A model generated the notes under the pieces. It did no database searches, had not been told where the DNA came from, and saw nothing but the letters and a program-made list of their open reading frames with translations. Source: the human T2T-CHM13v2.0 reference genome, Homo sapiens. From it: a stretch of DNA of 64,000 bases. Location: NCBI RefSeq assembly GCF_009914755.1, contig NC_060938.1. One strand, 5' to 3'. Positions 26,560 to 40,804 of the stretch are shown here, one piece after another. Numbering within the stretch: position 1 is the stretch's first letter; each line of letters starts with the position of its first letter. The position numbers were made by a program, and so were the translations under genes.

Positions 26560-27230
26560 TTTGTGCATTATTGATGAGAATGAAAAATGATGTGGCTGAA
26601 GAAAAAAACTGTATGATGATTCCTTAAAAAATTAAATGTAGAATTACCATATAATATAGCATTTCTACCCCAGCTATATAACCAAAATAAGTGACAGCAG
26701 GAACTTGGAAGAACTTTTTGTACACTCATGTTCATAGCAGCATTTTTCATAATAGCCAAATTTGGAAGCAACCATCTATGCATCAGTAGATTAATGGTTA
26801 AACAAAATGTGGTGTATTCATACAATGGAATATCATTCAGCCTTAAAAAGAAGAAAATTTGAACACATTCTACAACAAAGATGAACTTTGAGGTAGTTAT
26901 GTTAAATGGAATAAGCCAGTCACAGAAGGACAAATACTGCATGATTCCACTTATATAAGGTTCCTAGAATAGTCAAATTGATAGAGAAATAAAGCAGAAT
27001 CCTTTCTAGCAGGGGCTAGAAGTAGATGTGAATGGGAAGTTATTGTTTATCGGGTACAGAGTTTCAGTTGAAGATTATGCAAAAGTTGTTTAGATGGATA
27101 GTGGTAATTGTTGCACAACACCGTGAATATATTTAATGCCACAGAAGTGTATCCTTCAGGTAGTTAAAATGGTACATTTTTATCTATAAAATAAAGCAGT
27201 AGTTATATTATTTATCACAATTTAAAAGTA
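26560..27230 (+). mobile_element. L1MB 3' end (end of ORF2 plus 3' UTR)
   Basis: AGAATTACCATAT, CATGTTCATAGCAGCA, ACAATGGAATATCATTCAGCCTTAAAAAG, GGACAAATACTGCATGATTCCACTTATAT, GGGTACAGAGTTTCAGTT, TTGCACAACA. Confidence 0.92.
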
Positions 27231-28723
27231 TAAAATATCATATGTTTGCACAGTGTTTGTGGTCTATTACATATTAGCATTTTCTTTTTTAACTTTGATC
27301 CATTGTTAAACAAGCAATTATTTGAGCCCGTTAGTGCTGTGAATTTTTATTTTTTTCCCAACAGCCTTGACAAATAAATGTTCTCTAAGACAGTGTCATT
27401 TGTGTCTTATTTGGGCTATTAATCATATTCATTGATTTTTAGGTGAGCTGTCTTTTTAGCAGTCACACCTATGCCAAAACAATTTCATATTAAATATGTC
27501 TTTCTGAAAGGATATCTTTCATATATATTCTTGACTATTGATTTATATGATTTTATCATAACTTATTTTCCACTCACCCTCATACTGACTTTTTTTTCTC
27601 ACTCTCACAATTGGGATATGTTTTGATTGAATCTAAGCATTTTATTAAACTGTTTCTAAGTTACATGTTGCAAATCAGAACTGGTTGTGCTGAATTCAGA
27701 ACAAGTATAAAATGTCCCTGAGGGGAGGAAAAAAGATTATGGACACAGCTGATTACTTTAGCTAATATGTTTGAAATTCCAAACTGGATATTGAGATCCA
27801 AATTTTATTCAATATTTTTAAAATAAAATGTATATAACCAGTTTTAATATGCAAGCTGTCACTTTAAAGACAACTTGAAATTTTTTCACTCCCTTTCTTC
27901 AATAGCGCCCTTTGCTAAGTAGGAAAATAGGAAAAGTGGAAGAGACAATAACTAAGAAATGGAGAGAGAGAAAAAAATAGACTCGTGGGAAAAGGGGAGA
28001 GAAAAAAAGAGAGGGATTGAGCAGGTAACATTTCAATATGTAAAAATTCGATATTTAAAAGCATACATTAATGACATATAAACATCCTTGGATTACTGTG
28101 GGTGGAAGAAAGGGGGATACTTTAAACATCTCTGCTTATATATAATGGTCCACACAAATTACATTAAAAGAATATTACAGCTGTTTCAGGAAACTCACAG
28201 TTCAGGGTGAAATGTACCATATGTCCTCCAATACCTGCACACAGCAGGGTGCATTAAGACAGCTATTAGGCTGACTCCCTAGTTGCCTAGGTACTGGAGG
28301 ACATATGGTGCCTTTCACTCTTGACTAAGGTTTTCTTCCTTTCATGGTTTCCTGCAGCAACTTGAACGTGTTCTGAACGTTGTTCTTTAGTCTGCAAAAA
28401 TTGGGTCTTCAGTTCTCCACTACAACACACACACATATGCCTATGTTTCTTCTTGCCTAAAGTGATTTTTCTCTATATAACACACTGTTCTTGGCAATAT
28501 ATACCCGTGACTAATCAATCTGGAACAAGTTAAACATATGATGACGATAAAATTGCTATGTGTGGGCTGCAAAATGGAAGAAGGTGTTGTCTCTAAATTA
28601 AAGTTGAAAATATTTTAGATAATGAGAGAGAAGAAAAACAAACAAGAAAAAATGGTCAACCAGTATGCAATATAAGAATCATCTCTTCGTTTTCCTGTCA
28701 TGCAAACAGATACTAAATCTATA

Positions 28724-29565
28724 CAATAAGTCCTCACTTAACATCATCAACAAGTTTTTGGAAACTGTGACTTTAAGCAAAGTGACGTATACCAAAACCA
28801 ATTTATCATAGGCTAACTGATAGAGAGTTAAGTTTCTACAGCATATTTCTGGTCACAAAACCTTCACCAAACTTCTAAATAAAGAACCAAAACACGTCTA
28901 CTAGGAACATTGAAATAAATGTGAGCTATGCATACATTTACAAAAGATGAATAGGAACAAATAAGATAATTATTTACTCAATTTTTGGTGAATCAGTGAG
29001 CAAAGGTGGCCATAGTGGTGGTGAGTTAAATCAAGAAATAAATATTTGCAAAGCAAATATTGTATGGAACACCCTCTACCACTAAACAGATCAAAAACAA
29101 TCACAAATGGGGCAGGCTCGCCATGTGCTTTCATGCGGCATCATTTATTTTTGTGCATTTGTATGACTATTATGATTATTGTGTACCTGATTAATTTATA
29201 TTTTACAATGTGTATTCATTCATTTTTTTTTTTCATTTTTCAATCCGTTCACCTTAGTTCAAGGTCTCAGGGAGCCCGAGCCCATCCAGCAGCTCAGGGC
29301 ACAAGGGGAGGACTGACCCTCATGGGACTCCATTACCTTGCAGAGTGCAATCATATACACACACTCACTCAGACTAAAGCCATTTACACACACCAGTGAA
29401 CCCAACGTGCGTATCTTTGGGATGTGGGAGAAAACCAGAATACCTAGAGAAAACTCACACAGACGTCGGGAGAATTTGCAAACACCATGCAGTGTCCTCA
29501 GCTGAGAATCTATTTTTTTTCCTCACCAACATAATAACAAAACAACTTTATTGGAAGACCATCTC
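28724..29565 (+). mobile_element. MER6 (TcMar-Tigger MITE containing a V-SINE-like domain)
   Basis: TA|CAATAAGTCCTCACTTAAC start; GGGATGTGGGAGAAAACCAGAATACCTAGAGAAAACTCACACAGAC...GGGAGAATTTGCAAAC core; TTATTGGAAGACC end; about 840 bp. Confidence 0.85.
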
Positions 29566-29624
29566 ATGAGTTTCTGCAGGAATGGCAACAGAAAAAAATG
29601 TAATAAATAATCAAATTCAAATGC

Positions 29625-30130
29625 TGTAGCAGTCATTTTTGCTTACCTACACAGTTTGCTTGCCCTGCTTTCTTATTTACAGAACCTGATGTAGTTTATA
29701 TACATATCTATAAGAAAGGCTGGCCCTATTCCAATCTCAGCAACGAATCAGATTCAATCTATTTTGTTTAAGCATGAGGATGGAATGTGATGCAGGCCAA
29801 TAAGGTCTTAAGGTTTCTGTAGAGGGTGCTCCTGGGAGAGGTTGCTTACTCTTAAAAAGTAAGTCAATCGAAAGAATGGTGTCTTTTGTTGCACTACATT
29901 GCCATGCCTAGATATGATGCATGGAACTCTGGCAGCTATCTTGAATGCCGGATTATAGATAGACATTAAAGCAGAGAAAAGGAAAAACAAGACAAAACAA
30001 AACACTTTGGTCCTTGCTGTCATTATTTAGGTCCTGATTAAATTAAATATGGAACTTCCCATTTCTTGACCTATTTTTAAATCAGGGAACTAAATCGTGA
30101 TTTTTTTCCCTGCAAAAGATATGCTAAGGA
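29625..30130 (+). mobile_element. Old MLT1 (J/K-like) LTR
   Basis: TGTGATGCAGGCCAATAAG...TGATGCATGGAACTCTGGCAGCTATCTTG...GGTCCTTGCTGTCATT. Confidence 0.6.
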
Positions 30131-30650
30131 ATATGAACATACCTTCTGACTGTATTTGTTGGGGATTGAAGTTTAATGTAAATCTCATGTAAATGCAGTG
30201 GTAGATGTTACCTAAATAGCCAGGGCTTAAAATGTCTACATTTCACAATTATTCATGGTAGGGAATAGTGTATAATTCTATTCAGTTTTTCTAGTGTGTG
30301 AGACTAGACTAATAACTTCTTTGCTCATGTCTTTCACAATCGGGAGCTTTTTATAAAGAGATAAGAGATAAGTTCTACTCTGTTTAAATTGCATTTTAAG
30401 AAAGTACATTTATCAGATGTTTCACCACTTGGCCTTCAGAAATAACACAAAGCTACCATCAATCATACTTATTTCATTTTGTTTGGTCAGAAGAGGAGAA
30501 GAAAAACTAAAAAGCTTCAGCTTTCTTCCCTCACTTACTTACCCAATGATCTAATTCTAACTCATTTTCCTCTCACCAATTCCCTAAAGAAATAGTGCTA
30601 AACGGAGAAAGTACAGGGAAAGTGGGAAAAGATAGAAGGGGAAAAGGTAG

Positions 30651-31592
30651 TGTATTATTCCATTCTCACATTGCTATAAAGAGTAATTTATAAAGAAAGA
30701 GACTGAATAATTTATAAAGAAAATAGGTTTAATTGACTCACAGTCAACAGGCTATACAGGAAACATGGTTGGAGAGGCCTCAGGAAACTTACAATGATGG
30801 TGGAGAGGCCAAAAGGAAGCAGGAAGCTTCTTCACATGGCAGAGCAGGGGAGAAAGTGAATGGGGGAAGTGCTACATGCTTTTAAACAACAGATCTCGTG
30901 AGAACTCACTGACTATCACAAGAACAGCAAGAGGAAATCTACCCTATAAGCCAATCACCTCTCATGAGGTCTTTGATAGTTAATACTGAGTGTCATCTTG
31001 ATTGGACTGAAAGAAGCAAAGTATTGTTCCTGGCTGTTTCCATGAGGGTGTTGCCAAAGGAGATTAACATTTGAGTCAAAGGCCTGGGAGAGGCAGACCC
31101 ACCCTCAATCTGGGTGGACACCATGTAATCAGCTGCCAGCATGGCTAGGATAAAGCAGGCAGAGAAACTTGGAAGGACTAGTCTGGCTCAGTCTTCTGGC
31201 CTCCATCTTTCTCCCATACTGGGTGCTTCCTGGCCTCCAACATCAGACTCCAAGTTCTTCAGCTTTTGGACTCTCAGACTTATACCAGTGATTTGCCAGG
31301 GGCTCTCAGGCCTTCAGTCGCAGGCTGAAGGCTGCACTATTGGCTTCCCTACTTTTGAGGTTTTGAGACTTGGACTGGCTTCTGGGCTCCTCAGCTTCCA
31401 AACAGTCTATTGTGGGACTTCACCTTGTGATCGTGTGAGTCAATCTCCTAAAAAACTACCCTTCATATATTCATCTACTCTATTAGTTCTGTCCCTTTAG
31501 AAAACCCTGACTAATACAAGGTTCCTCCACCAACACTGGGGATTACAATTCAACATGAGATTTGGATGGGGACATGCAGCCAAATCATATGA
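30651..31592 (-). mobile_element. THE1D/MST-like MaLR solo LTR, split by an MLT2A insertion (parts 30651-30971 and 31519-31592)
   Basis: TGTATTATTCCATTCTCACATTGCTATAAAG...GGCCTCAGGAAACTTACAAT...CCAATCACCTC | CCTCCACCAACACTGGGGATTACAATTCAACATGAGATTTGG; outer TSD GGTAG/GATAG. Confidence 0.9.
30972..31518 (+). mobile_element. MLT2A (probably MLT2A2) HERV-L solo LTR
   Basis: GTTAATACTGAGTGTCATCTTGATTGG...GGCAGACCCACCCTCAATCTGGGTGG...ACCCTGACTAATACA; 547 bp; 5-bp TSD AGGTC/AGGTT. Confidence 0.93.
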
Positions 31593-31829
31593 GATAGCAA
31601 GAAGCAAAACTGAAGAAAGAGAAAGAAAAGTAGACCAATGAGAGGGACCAGAGAAGGCACTAAATATCTTCAGCTGGAAATAATTGTAGGGCAAGCACGT
31701 ACTGTATATAACCTGCATACCTGTGCTTGGTCAGATAGGGCGAATGTCCACGTATGCCCAAAGTACTAAGCGTATATTATCCTATGTGTTTTAAGGGAGA
31801 GTCTAGTGAAGAGGAACATAAGGCAGCTT

Positions 31830-32050
31830 GTAGCAGAAGGAACACATGACACTTGGAGGATAAAGAACAGGTTAAAGTTCTATTAACTTTTTCTCCTTGT
31901 GTGGTCTTGGCCAATTTATCTAACCTAACCTTCAATTAGTTATGAAGAATCTTTCATAAGAGGAATAATACTTAAGTCATGGTATTGCAGAAAAAGTAAA
32001 TGAGATTGCTCACATGAAAAGCATATTGAAATGCATTATGCATATGTTCC
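31830..32050 (+). mobile_element. MIR
   Basis: TGTGTGGTCTTGGCCAATTTATCTAACCT...ATAATAC...TAAATGAGAT...CATGAAAAGCA. Confidence 0.6.
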
Positions 32051-33399
32051 ATAAATCCTCCAGTCTCCTGTCTCCACAGCCCTGAGGTGAAAAGCTTTTG
32101 AGACTCACCATTTCCTGAGAGCTAGGGAAGTTTTCCAGCTGGGGTGCAAAGACTCTCACCAGGATTGGCCCAGACTATTTGCTGAAATAAAATTACAATG
32201 AAAATATCCTAAGTTTATTTAGCTATCTTAACTTTCCAAAAAAAAAATTTTCCCTGTCTTTATTCCTAAACACCATGAAGCTTCAAAACCAAATATTATC
32301 TCCACTTTCAGAGAAGAACCCAGTCGTGAGAAATCAGACATCTTACTTAATACAATCTACTTATTGACTCAGAAAGAATTAGCACCCTATCAGCTGATTC
32401 TCAGTCCAGAAAAAGATTAAATAAGTACTTTTCATCTGGGAAGAGAGAGTTGCATTTAGTCGTTGATATAGAAATAGATCAACATCACCTTTGCCAAATT
32501 GTCCATCCAGTAGCTGCCAAATTCCATTGCTGTTATTCACCGGAGGTGACTAGAGAAATGTGAATGCTAGATTGGCTATAGCTCCTCCTCCTGATAGCCT
32601 TATTACCAAATGGTGTGAGGTCCTTGGGTATGCGGAGTAAGAAACAATTCCCAAATCTCAGAGGCTAAAATAATAAAGGCTTGGGAGGTCCATTTAGAGG
32701 TCGCTAAGATTTCTGGCCTTGTCCTTGTTGTCCTCACTCTGTGATCCAGAGTAACAGCAATTAAACAAAACATTGCCTGTGACCATGGCAGAGGACAAAG
32801 GGAAAGACTCCTAGAAGGTTTTCTAGCAGCAATTAAAAACCCACTTAAGAAGTGGCTCTCCCAACTTATTAACAACAAACACCAAGAGATTAAAAATGCA
32901 ATGTGTCATGGCAGGTGAAGAGCCAGTATTTAGTACAAAGCATGAATGACTATCTGCATATTTCATCATGGAAGCAAGTCTTGGGACAATTTTCCAAAAA
33001 GGCAAATGTTTATTAGCAAGTTGACTCAAAATTTATCATGTGATCATTTATTTATTTTTATTTATTTGTTTATTGTAATCTAGTCAGTCCCAGAGTCAGG
33101 ATGGGAGACATAGTAGGAGACATACTTCATAGACATGAAGTAGGGAGAACATGCCAGGAAAAAGCGGGTCCAAAGGCATTAGCTTGCTAAGCTGGGTAGA
33201 CTGGCTGTGTGGTATGACGCAAGTAATTTCTGTGGTAGGACCAGTGACATATTTTGAACACCCCTTATTTTATGTGTAAAAGGTTATTTCTAACAAACGT
33301 TATGCTAACTAACAAAACCTTTGTAGTAGATTTCAATAAGGATTTCTGAAAAAATGAATAGCCACTTCTGGCAGTGGATTTCTATTTAGAGCAGTCTAA

Positions 33400-33834
33400 A
33401 TGCAGACTAATTGCTCTTGGCTGCTAAAAATGTCACCTTAAAACTCAGTGGCATAGGACAATAAACTTGTATTTCTCATGCATCTATGGAGTACAGCTCA
33501 TCTTAACTGAGTTTCTCATCTAAACGTGGGTTGGCTCTCCTGCGCATGTCTTTCCTCTCTCTCCCAGGAATAACAGGCTGCCAGGAATGTCCTTTTCTGG
33601 CTATGGCAGAAGCACAGAACTCAATTAGAGACATGTAAGTTCTCTTGAAGCCTAGGCTCGGAACTGGAGCACTGTTTCTTCACTTTCCTTTATTGAGCCA
33701 AAACAAATTACATTGCCAAGCTCAGATAGAGAAGTTCTCCCTAATCATTGCAGGAGGTTATTACAGTGTTACATAGGAAAGGCATAGATATGAGAAGTGC
33801 AGAATAATTAGGATCATTACTGCAATCTAACACA
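33400..33834 (-). mobile_element. MLT1 (H/I-like) solo LTR
   Basis: AAAACTCAGTGGC...TGGCAGAAGCACA...CTTGAAGCCTAGGCTCGGAACTGG...TGCAATCTAACACA. Confidence 0.75.
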
Positions 33835-36800
33835 TGCCTCTAAAGAATAGATAAAAGTTAAGTCATGAACTCATACATCACATTGCTTTTCATACTAAAT
33901 AGCTTTAAGTTTCAAAATTCCCATTGCTTATGGTGAATTCTGGTATGAACAGAAGCCCACCACCTGACTTCCAGCCAAAGTCTCTGACAATTACTGCTAG
34001 AGTAAAAAATCAGTGTTCTCTGATGTCTCTAATGTGTGTTGAGCAGAATAAAGGAAAGGAATTAGACCATGCTTCCAGCAACTTAAAACAGAAAAAGGAT
34101 TCAAGATAAAGAGCTTAATTCTATAGCTATTTTGAATCAAGATCAAACAAAGTCCATTCTCAGAACATGGAAAATAGTGATATACATTTTGTCCCCTTCA
34201 TGTATAAAAAATTATACAGATGACTCACAGTTCTTTGACCATACACCTGCAGTTCTTACTTTGCAGAGACCAGGTTAATAGAAAAAAAGATTGTTTCCCA
34301 CTGAGATGGTAAAAGTCAGTGAGCTGGAATGTTGTTATAAAGTGAGTAAATTGCAGAAAGAATAAAAATATTCTAAAGAGAATTTTAGCTGTGCTTGAGA
34401 TCTGGTCAAATTGTCACCATAAAAGTGTGTTCATAGAAAATAGGTATGGTGAATGACAAGGTGCTAAGTTCCCCTGAGCAGAGAGTCTCAGAATAATGTA
34501 GAATAACACATATATTTATCTTGGTAACTGTTAGATACATCATCATTTTCTCTGAATGTTACTAAGTAACTTTAAAGTTTATTGGCAGCAGACAAAAGCT
34601 GGTATCAGGACCGAGTCCATGTTGGTTTCTACCATGCAAAGGAGATCTAACAGTGATTTTTGTACAAGAAGCATATGCCCTCTTAATTACAAAAAGCATT
34701 AAGTTACTTACAGAAGAATTGTGAACCATATGGCCCATTAGAACCAGAAGTCAGAAGGTAATGGAAACTAGGATTTCTGTTCTTTCTAACTACATGGAGA
34801 TGCCATGCAATGGAGGATTCTTTTTATAAGCTGGGAACCAGTGCAGAATTTCATCTTTTCATTTGATTCATTCAAAAGCATTATTCTAAGGAAGGCTGGA
34901 AGAGTGCAGCATCCACTTTAATCATTTTTACCTAATTTATCATATCTCTGAAACAGCACTTACTAGACAGCATTATATCACTATTTGTTTATTCGCAGAA
35001 ATCTGGGCTTTTCTAGGTCAAGGGCTTTATTTTATGCAGCTGGGTTTATCTACTTCTCGTCTTAGCCAACTCTCACTTGAGGCTTAGTTGAGTGTTCTAA
35101 TGTCTCTAAGACTAGATAAAGTTTATCCCAAAGCAAACATTATATTCCCATAGGAAAAGCTGACATTTCATAAAAAGAAAAATCTTTATGAATACTATTT
35201 GCCTGCTGTATATATTGGATCCTAATAATGAAAATAATTGAATGACCAAAAAGTGTGTGCTTTTTTAGAGGATAAAAATGAACCCGGGGCTTTACTTTGA
35301 AGTTAATATCTGTACCGGGGTTAATTTTTAAGACCTACTTTTCAAAATGATTTGAAAGTCATTTTAATTGCTAAATCACAAGAACTCTACATTTACTATA
35401 CATTCTCAAGTGCATGATGCTGAACCAAGTTTTGTTCTAGATTTTACAATATGTATTTAGTGTAGTCCTCATGAAGATGCAGCTACAAGAAAGAAAGTGA
35501 CTCTTGATTTTCATCCTGAGAATGGTGGTGGAGAGGTAAAAATGGTCAACGTCGCAGACTTCCATTTTGCTTTGGAAAGAATGTCAGTATAGGAGATAAG
35601 GGAGAATTTTAAAACCATGTTTCACATCACATGAAAAAATTCTACTTCATTTCTTTATTAAATTCAAGGAGATATTAAAAATGCCTTCCTGTGCTTTTAT
35701 CTTACATAATAGGCTTCTTGAAAAAACCAAATGTGTCCTAGTTCTGAAACATCAGAATGCCATTTTTAAACAAAGAAGAAGATTTAAATGGATATCACTA
35801 ATTCTTTCAGCAAATAAAAATGAAAATCATTAAAAATAATTTTGTAAAGCTGTGAGATTAAGTAGGCTTTTTAACATCAAAAATGTGTCATGGGCCCTCT
35901 CATGTAATAATAATAAGAATAATTTTAATATGAATTAAATGTGAAAATGGATGATGAAAAAGTGTATTATGAAATCAAAAGCTCTTTGAAATAAGTGTTT
36001 AATTTATTAACTATCATAAAATATGTGTTTAAACATTTATAAAAAGTGTGTGGGTGTGTGTGTGGGTGGGTGGGTGTGTGTGCTATATACTGTATATACA
36101 AGCAGACAACTTTTAGTATTTATCCGCTTTTGGAGAATACTTTTAATAATTTTAATATCTGTCCCCTCTCACATGTGTTAAGAGTCATTGAAAGGGAAAT
36201 GTATGAGAAAGTAATACAAAGACATCATTTTGTTTACATGTGAAACTTTGTGGATTACATTTTATTGTCCTTTGCCAAATGTGACCACTTTTAGTAATTC
36301 CATTTCACTGGTTTTGGGGTTATGAACAGACTGTCTTCCTGAAATGAATTCCCAGATTCACTGAGACCATAACTACTCCATGGAAGCCTAGGGATCTCCA
36401 GGTGTAGCCGTGTGTGTCACGTTTATGCACATATAAAGGAGAATGACAATTTACAGGGCAGTATCAATCCACAGTGACTTTACATATGGTCTCCACAGTT
36501 AGATAAATGAGGAAAGATGGTGAAGAGCTACAGAGGAGTACATGTGGAAAGGGCTTTCTCAAATATAAATAAATAAACATATTATTTAGTATTAGCATTC
36601 TTCTTTAGAATGAACAATTTTAAGAAAGATGTCTTTGAAATTTAAGTAATTAGAAGACAAAAATGAGACCAAGTAAGCACAGAATTTAAAGCGTATGACA
36701 CCTTTATCACAATAATATTTTGTAGGTGTTATTGTATAATACAAATATTTAAGGTGTGTAAAGTCCTTCATAAAGTGAGCTGAACCCCGTGGTCCATTTC

Positions 36801-36869
36801 TGCTAGTATCTGCCATATTCTTTATTTTGACTAGCCCAGACTACAAGCAGATACCAAAATTAACCTCCT

Positions 36870-37191
36870 TATCCAACCTTCACACTTCCTGTGCCTGGAA
36901 TTCTTTTGATAAACTCCTATTCATATTTCAGTCCCAGATCAAATGGACCCATTTCATGAAGCTCGTCCACACTTCTGCAAGCACTAGCGGCTCTCCTTTG
37001 CCACACAGCACCTTATGCTTCCTCTACTACAGCTTTAGTGACAAGTCAACTAAAGATTGTTTATTCTCCTGATTCCATTGTAAGACTCTAAATGTAAAGA
37101 ACATACTTCATTTATTTTTGTACTTCCAGTGCCTAACCCACAGTAACCTTTTAGAAGCCTATTGAGTAAAGTGTATGTATTTGAAAATGAA
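36870..37191 (+). mobile_element. L2 3' fragment
   Basis: CCTGTGCCTGGAAT...ACTCCTATTCAT...TTGTAAGACTC...TTTGTACTTCCAGTGCCTA. Confidence 0.65.
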
Positions 37192-37262
37192 CTAGTCGAT
37201 TTGTAATAGATAGAAAGTGAATATCAAATATATACTATTTTTAACAAATTAAAAGTGTGCAG

Positions 37263-37558
37263 GGTCAGCTAGGGTGTATCATGCTTGTAACCCAGCATTC
37301 TGGGAGGCTGAGGCGGGTGGATCGCTTGAGGTCAGGAGTTGGAAACCAGCCTGGGCAACATGGTGAAACCCTGTCTCCACCAAAAAATACAAAAATTAGC
37401 CAGACATGGTGGCACACGCCTGTAGTCCCCAGCTATTAGGGAGGCTGAGGCAGGAAAATCTCTGGAACCCGGGAGGCAGACATTGCATGAGCCGAGATCA
37501 TGCCACTGCACTCCAGCCTGGGCAACAGAGCGAAACTCTGTCTCAAAAAAAAAAAAAA
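37263..37558 (+). mobile_element. Alu (S/J boundary-like) full length
   Basis: Dimeric Alu; perfect TSD AAAAGTGTGCAG at 37251-37262 and 37559-37570, at a TT|AAAA L1-endonuclease site. Confidence 0.97.
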
Positions 37559-37864
37559 AAAAGTGTGCAGAAAATTTTCAACTCTTCTATTATAATATAA
37601 AACAATATTTTTCAAGGAAAGACATCTAGCTCTTTAAATCTGCACACAAGTAAGGAAATCAGACTATCAAATTATGCCTCTGTAATATAATTTTAATTGA
37701 CATTTGTCTTTCAAATGTAAATCCCTAGCCTCATCCAGCCTATAAGGCCCCTGAGAGCATCATCCATGACACAGAACTCTATATCCAGCAAACTAACTCA
37801 GTAACCCACAAAAATAAACACCAAAAATACATAATGATATTGCTCTTGATAATATACACATTGA

Positions 37865-38748
<884 letters not shown>

Positions 38749-38899
38749 TATAAGATAAATTATTATATGATGTTGTAGTTCTCTTACTCTGATGCCTCAG
38801 TGTTCTCTAGCTTAGTTAATTGTCACAGTGTATTTGCTTTGTCCCAATGACTGTTCTAGCCCATTTTACTGAGAACATTTTACTTATATTTAAAGGTTT

Positions 38900-39157
38900 G
38901 ATTTATGCCTTCCCAAGCAAATTGTCTCCGGCCATTTCCACCTTCCAACCCAAGCTAAATTAGGCACTCTCACCTCTGTCTTCACACTGGACTTAATATT
39001 CAATATACACATCACGTTGAATTGTAATTGCTATCACAAAACATGACTTACTTCCTTCAAAAAGGTCATGAATTCTTCATTTGTATATTCCCAGAGCATA
39101 ACACCATACTCTGCACATTGTAGATTCTCAATAAATGTGCGTTTCATAAAAGGATGA
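38900..39157 (+). mobile_element. L2 3' end
   Basis: TTTGTATATTCCCAGAGCATAACACC...GCACATTGTAGATTCTCAATAAATGT. Confidence 0.65.
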
Positions 39158-39510
39158 TGTTAACTACAAGCACACATGTCAGTCACACCACTGTGCTCTG
39201 GTTGATCCAGTAGCATCATAGGAGCATGTAATCAGAAAACCATGCACAAGATCAAATGTATAAATGTTGCTCTCAAATTACTTTTTGATGACTGCGTACC
39301 ACCTGAGTCTTAAACATAAGCTGAAATATCCTGAACACTTTAGGAACTCAATACATAATTAGAAAAATAATTAAAAAGTGATTTAACCAATTGACTATCT
39401 GAACCTTGATATTGTTGAGAAAAATACATTCACATCAAAGTAAATATCATTGATGTATTTAAATTCAAAGATCAAAAAATGTATTCAGGGTTAGGTTATT
39501 ACACCCTACA

Positions 39511-39754
39511 TTTTTTTTTATTATACTTTAAGTTCTAGGGTACATGTGCACAACGTGCAGGTTTGTTACATAGGTATACATGTGTCATGTTGGTGTGCTG
39601 CACCCATTAACTCGTCTTTTACATTAGGTATATCTCCTAATGCTATTCCTCCCCCTTCCCCCCACCCCATGACAGGCCCCAGTGTGTGATGTTCCCCTTC
39701 CTGTGTCCAAGTGTTCTCATTGTTCAGTTCCCACCTATGAGTGAGAACATGCGG
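39511..39754 (-). mobile_element. 5'-truncated L1PA (PA4/5-like) 3' UTR insertion
   Basis: TTATTATACTTTAAGTTCTAGGGTACATGTGCACAACGTGCAGG...GAGTGAGAACATGCGG; TSD ATTACACC(C/T)TACATT at 39498 and 39755. Confidence 0.96.
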
Positions 39755-40327
39755 ATTACACCTTACATTATTAAGATATAAATACCCTTGCTTGCATGGT
39801 GTGCTTATAGAAATTGGGAAGGAAGTTCACATTTACATATCAATATCAATATGTGAGTCACCAAAAGGAGTAGTTATAGGAAAATAATTTTATTTATCAT
39901 AAGAGGAAAAATAGAAATTCTTTGAAGCCATATTGTTTAGTAGAAGTCTAGAACTAGGTGAATAAGATGGAATGCAGTTTTTTCTCAAATATACTTATTG
40001 TTAAAAAAAAGTAAATAAAAACATTGTAAGTGTGGCCCAATAGCCAATTTATCTTTAATCAACTTGGAACATACCTCATGACAGAAGTTAGACAATTTTT
40101 CTGTTTTATAAATAACAGAAAATCTTTGACTTAAATCAGAGCTCTCAAAGTCATGACCAGCAAATTACAGGACTTAAGGAAACATGTATTTTTGCTCTTT
40201 GTTACATCAAATAGTTTAAAAGAGTCTTGAAAGTAGACAAATGGCAATACAAGCAGCAAGCACCTACTGTCTTATAACATGCTGCTTCATCTGCCCATCC
40301 CTGGCATGAATTTAGATTTGTGATTCT

Positions 40328-40431
40328 CCTTCCTTCCTTCCTTCCTTCCTTCCTTCCGTCCCTTCCTTCCTCCCTCCCTCCCTCCCTCCCTTCCTTCCTT
40401 CCTTCCTTCCTTCCTTCCTTCCTTCCTTCCT
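40328..40431. repeat. (TTCC)n/(TCCC)n tetranucleotide repeat at the Alu tail
   Basis: Directly visible; nearly pure pyrimidine tract. Confidence 0.95.
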
Positions 40432-40705
<274 letters not shown>

Positions 40706-40804
40706 TTCATTTTTTTAAAGTTTATCAATAATAAGCCTATTACAACTTTTCTGTTTTACCATTCTCCTCTACCAGACTACTAAGTGTTGCAATTGTGTGC
40801 GACA

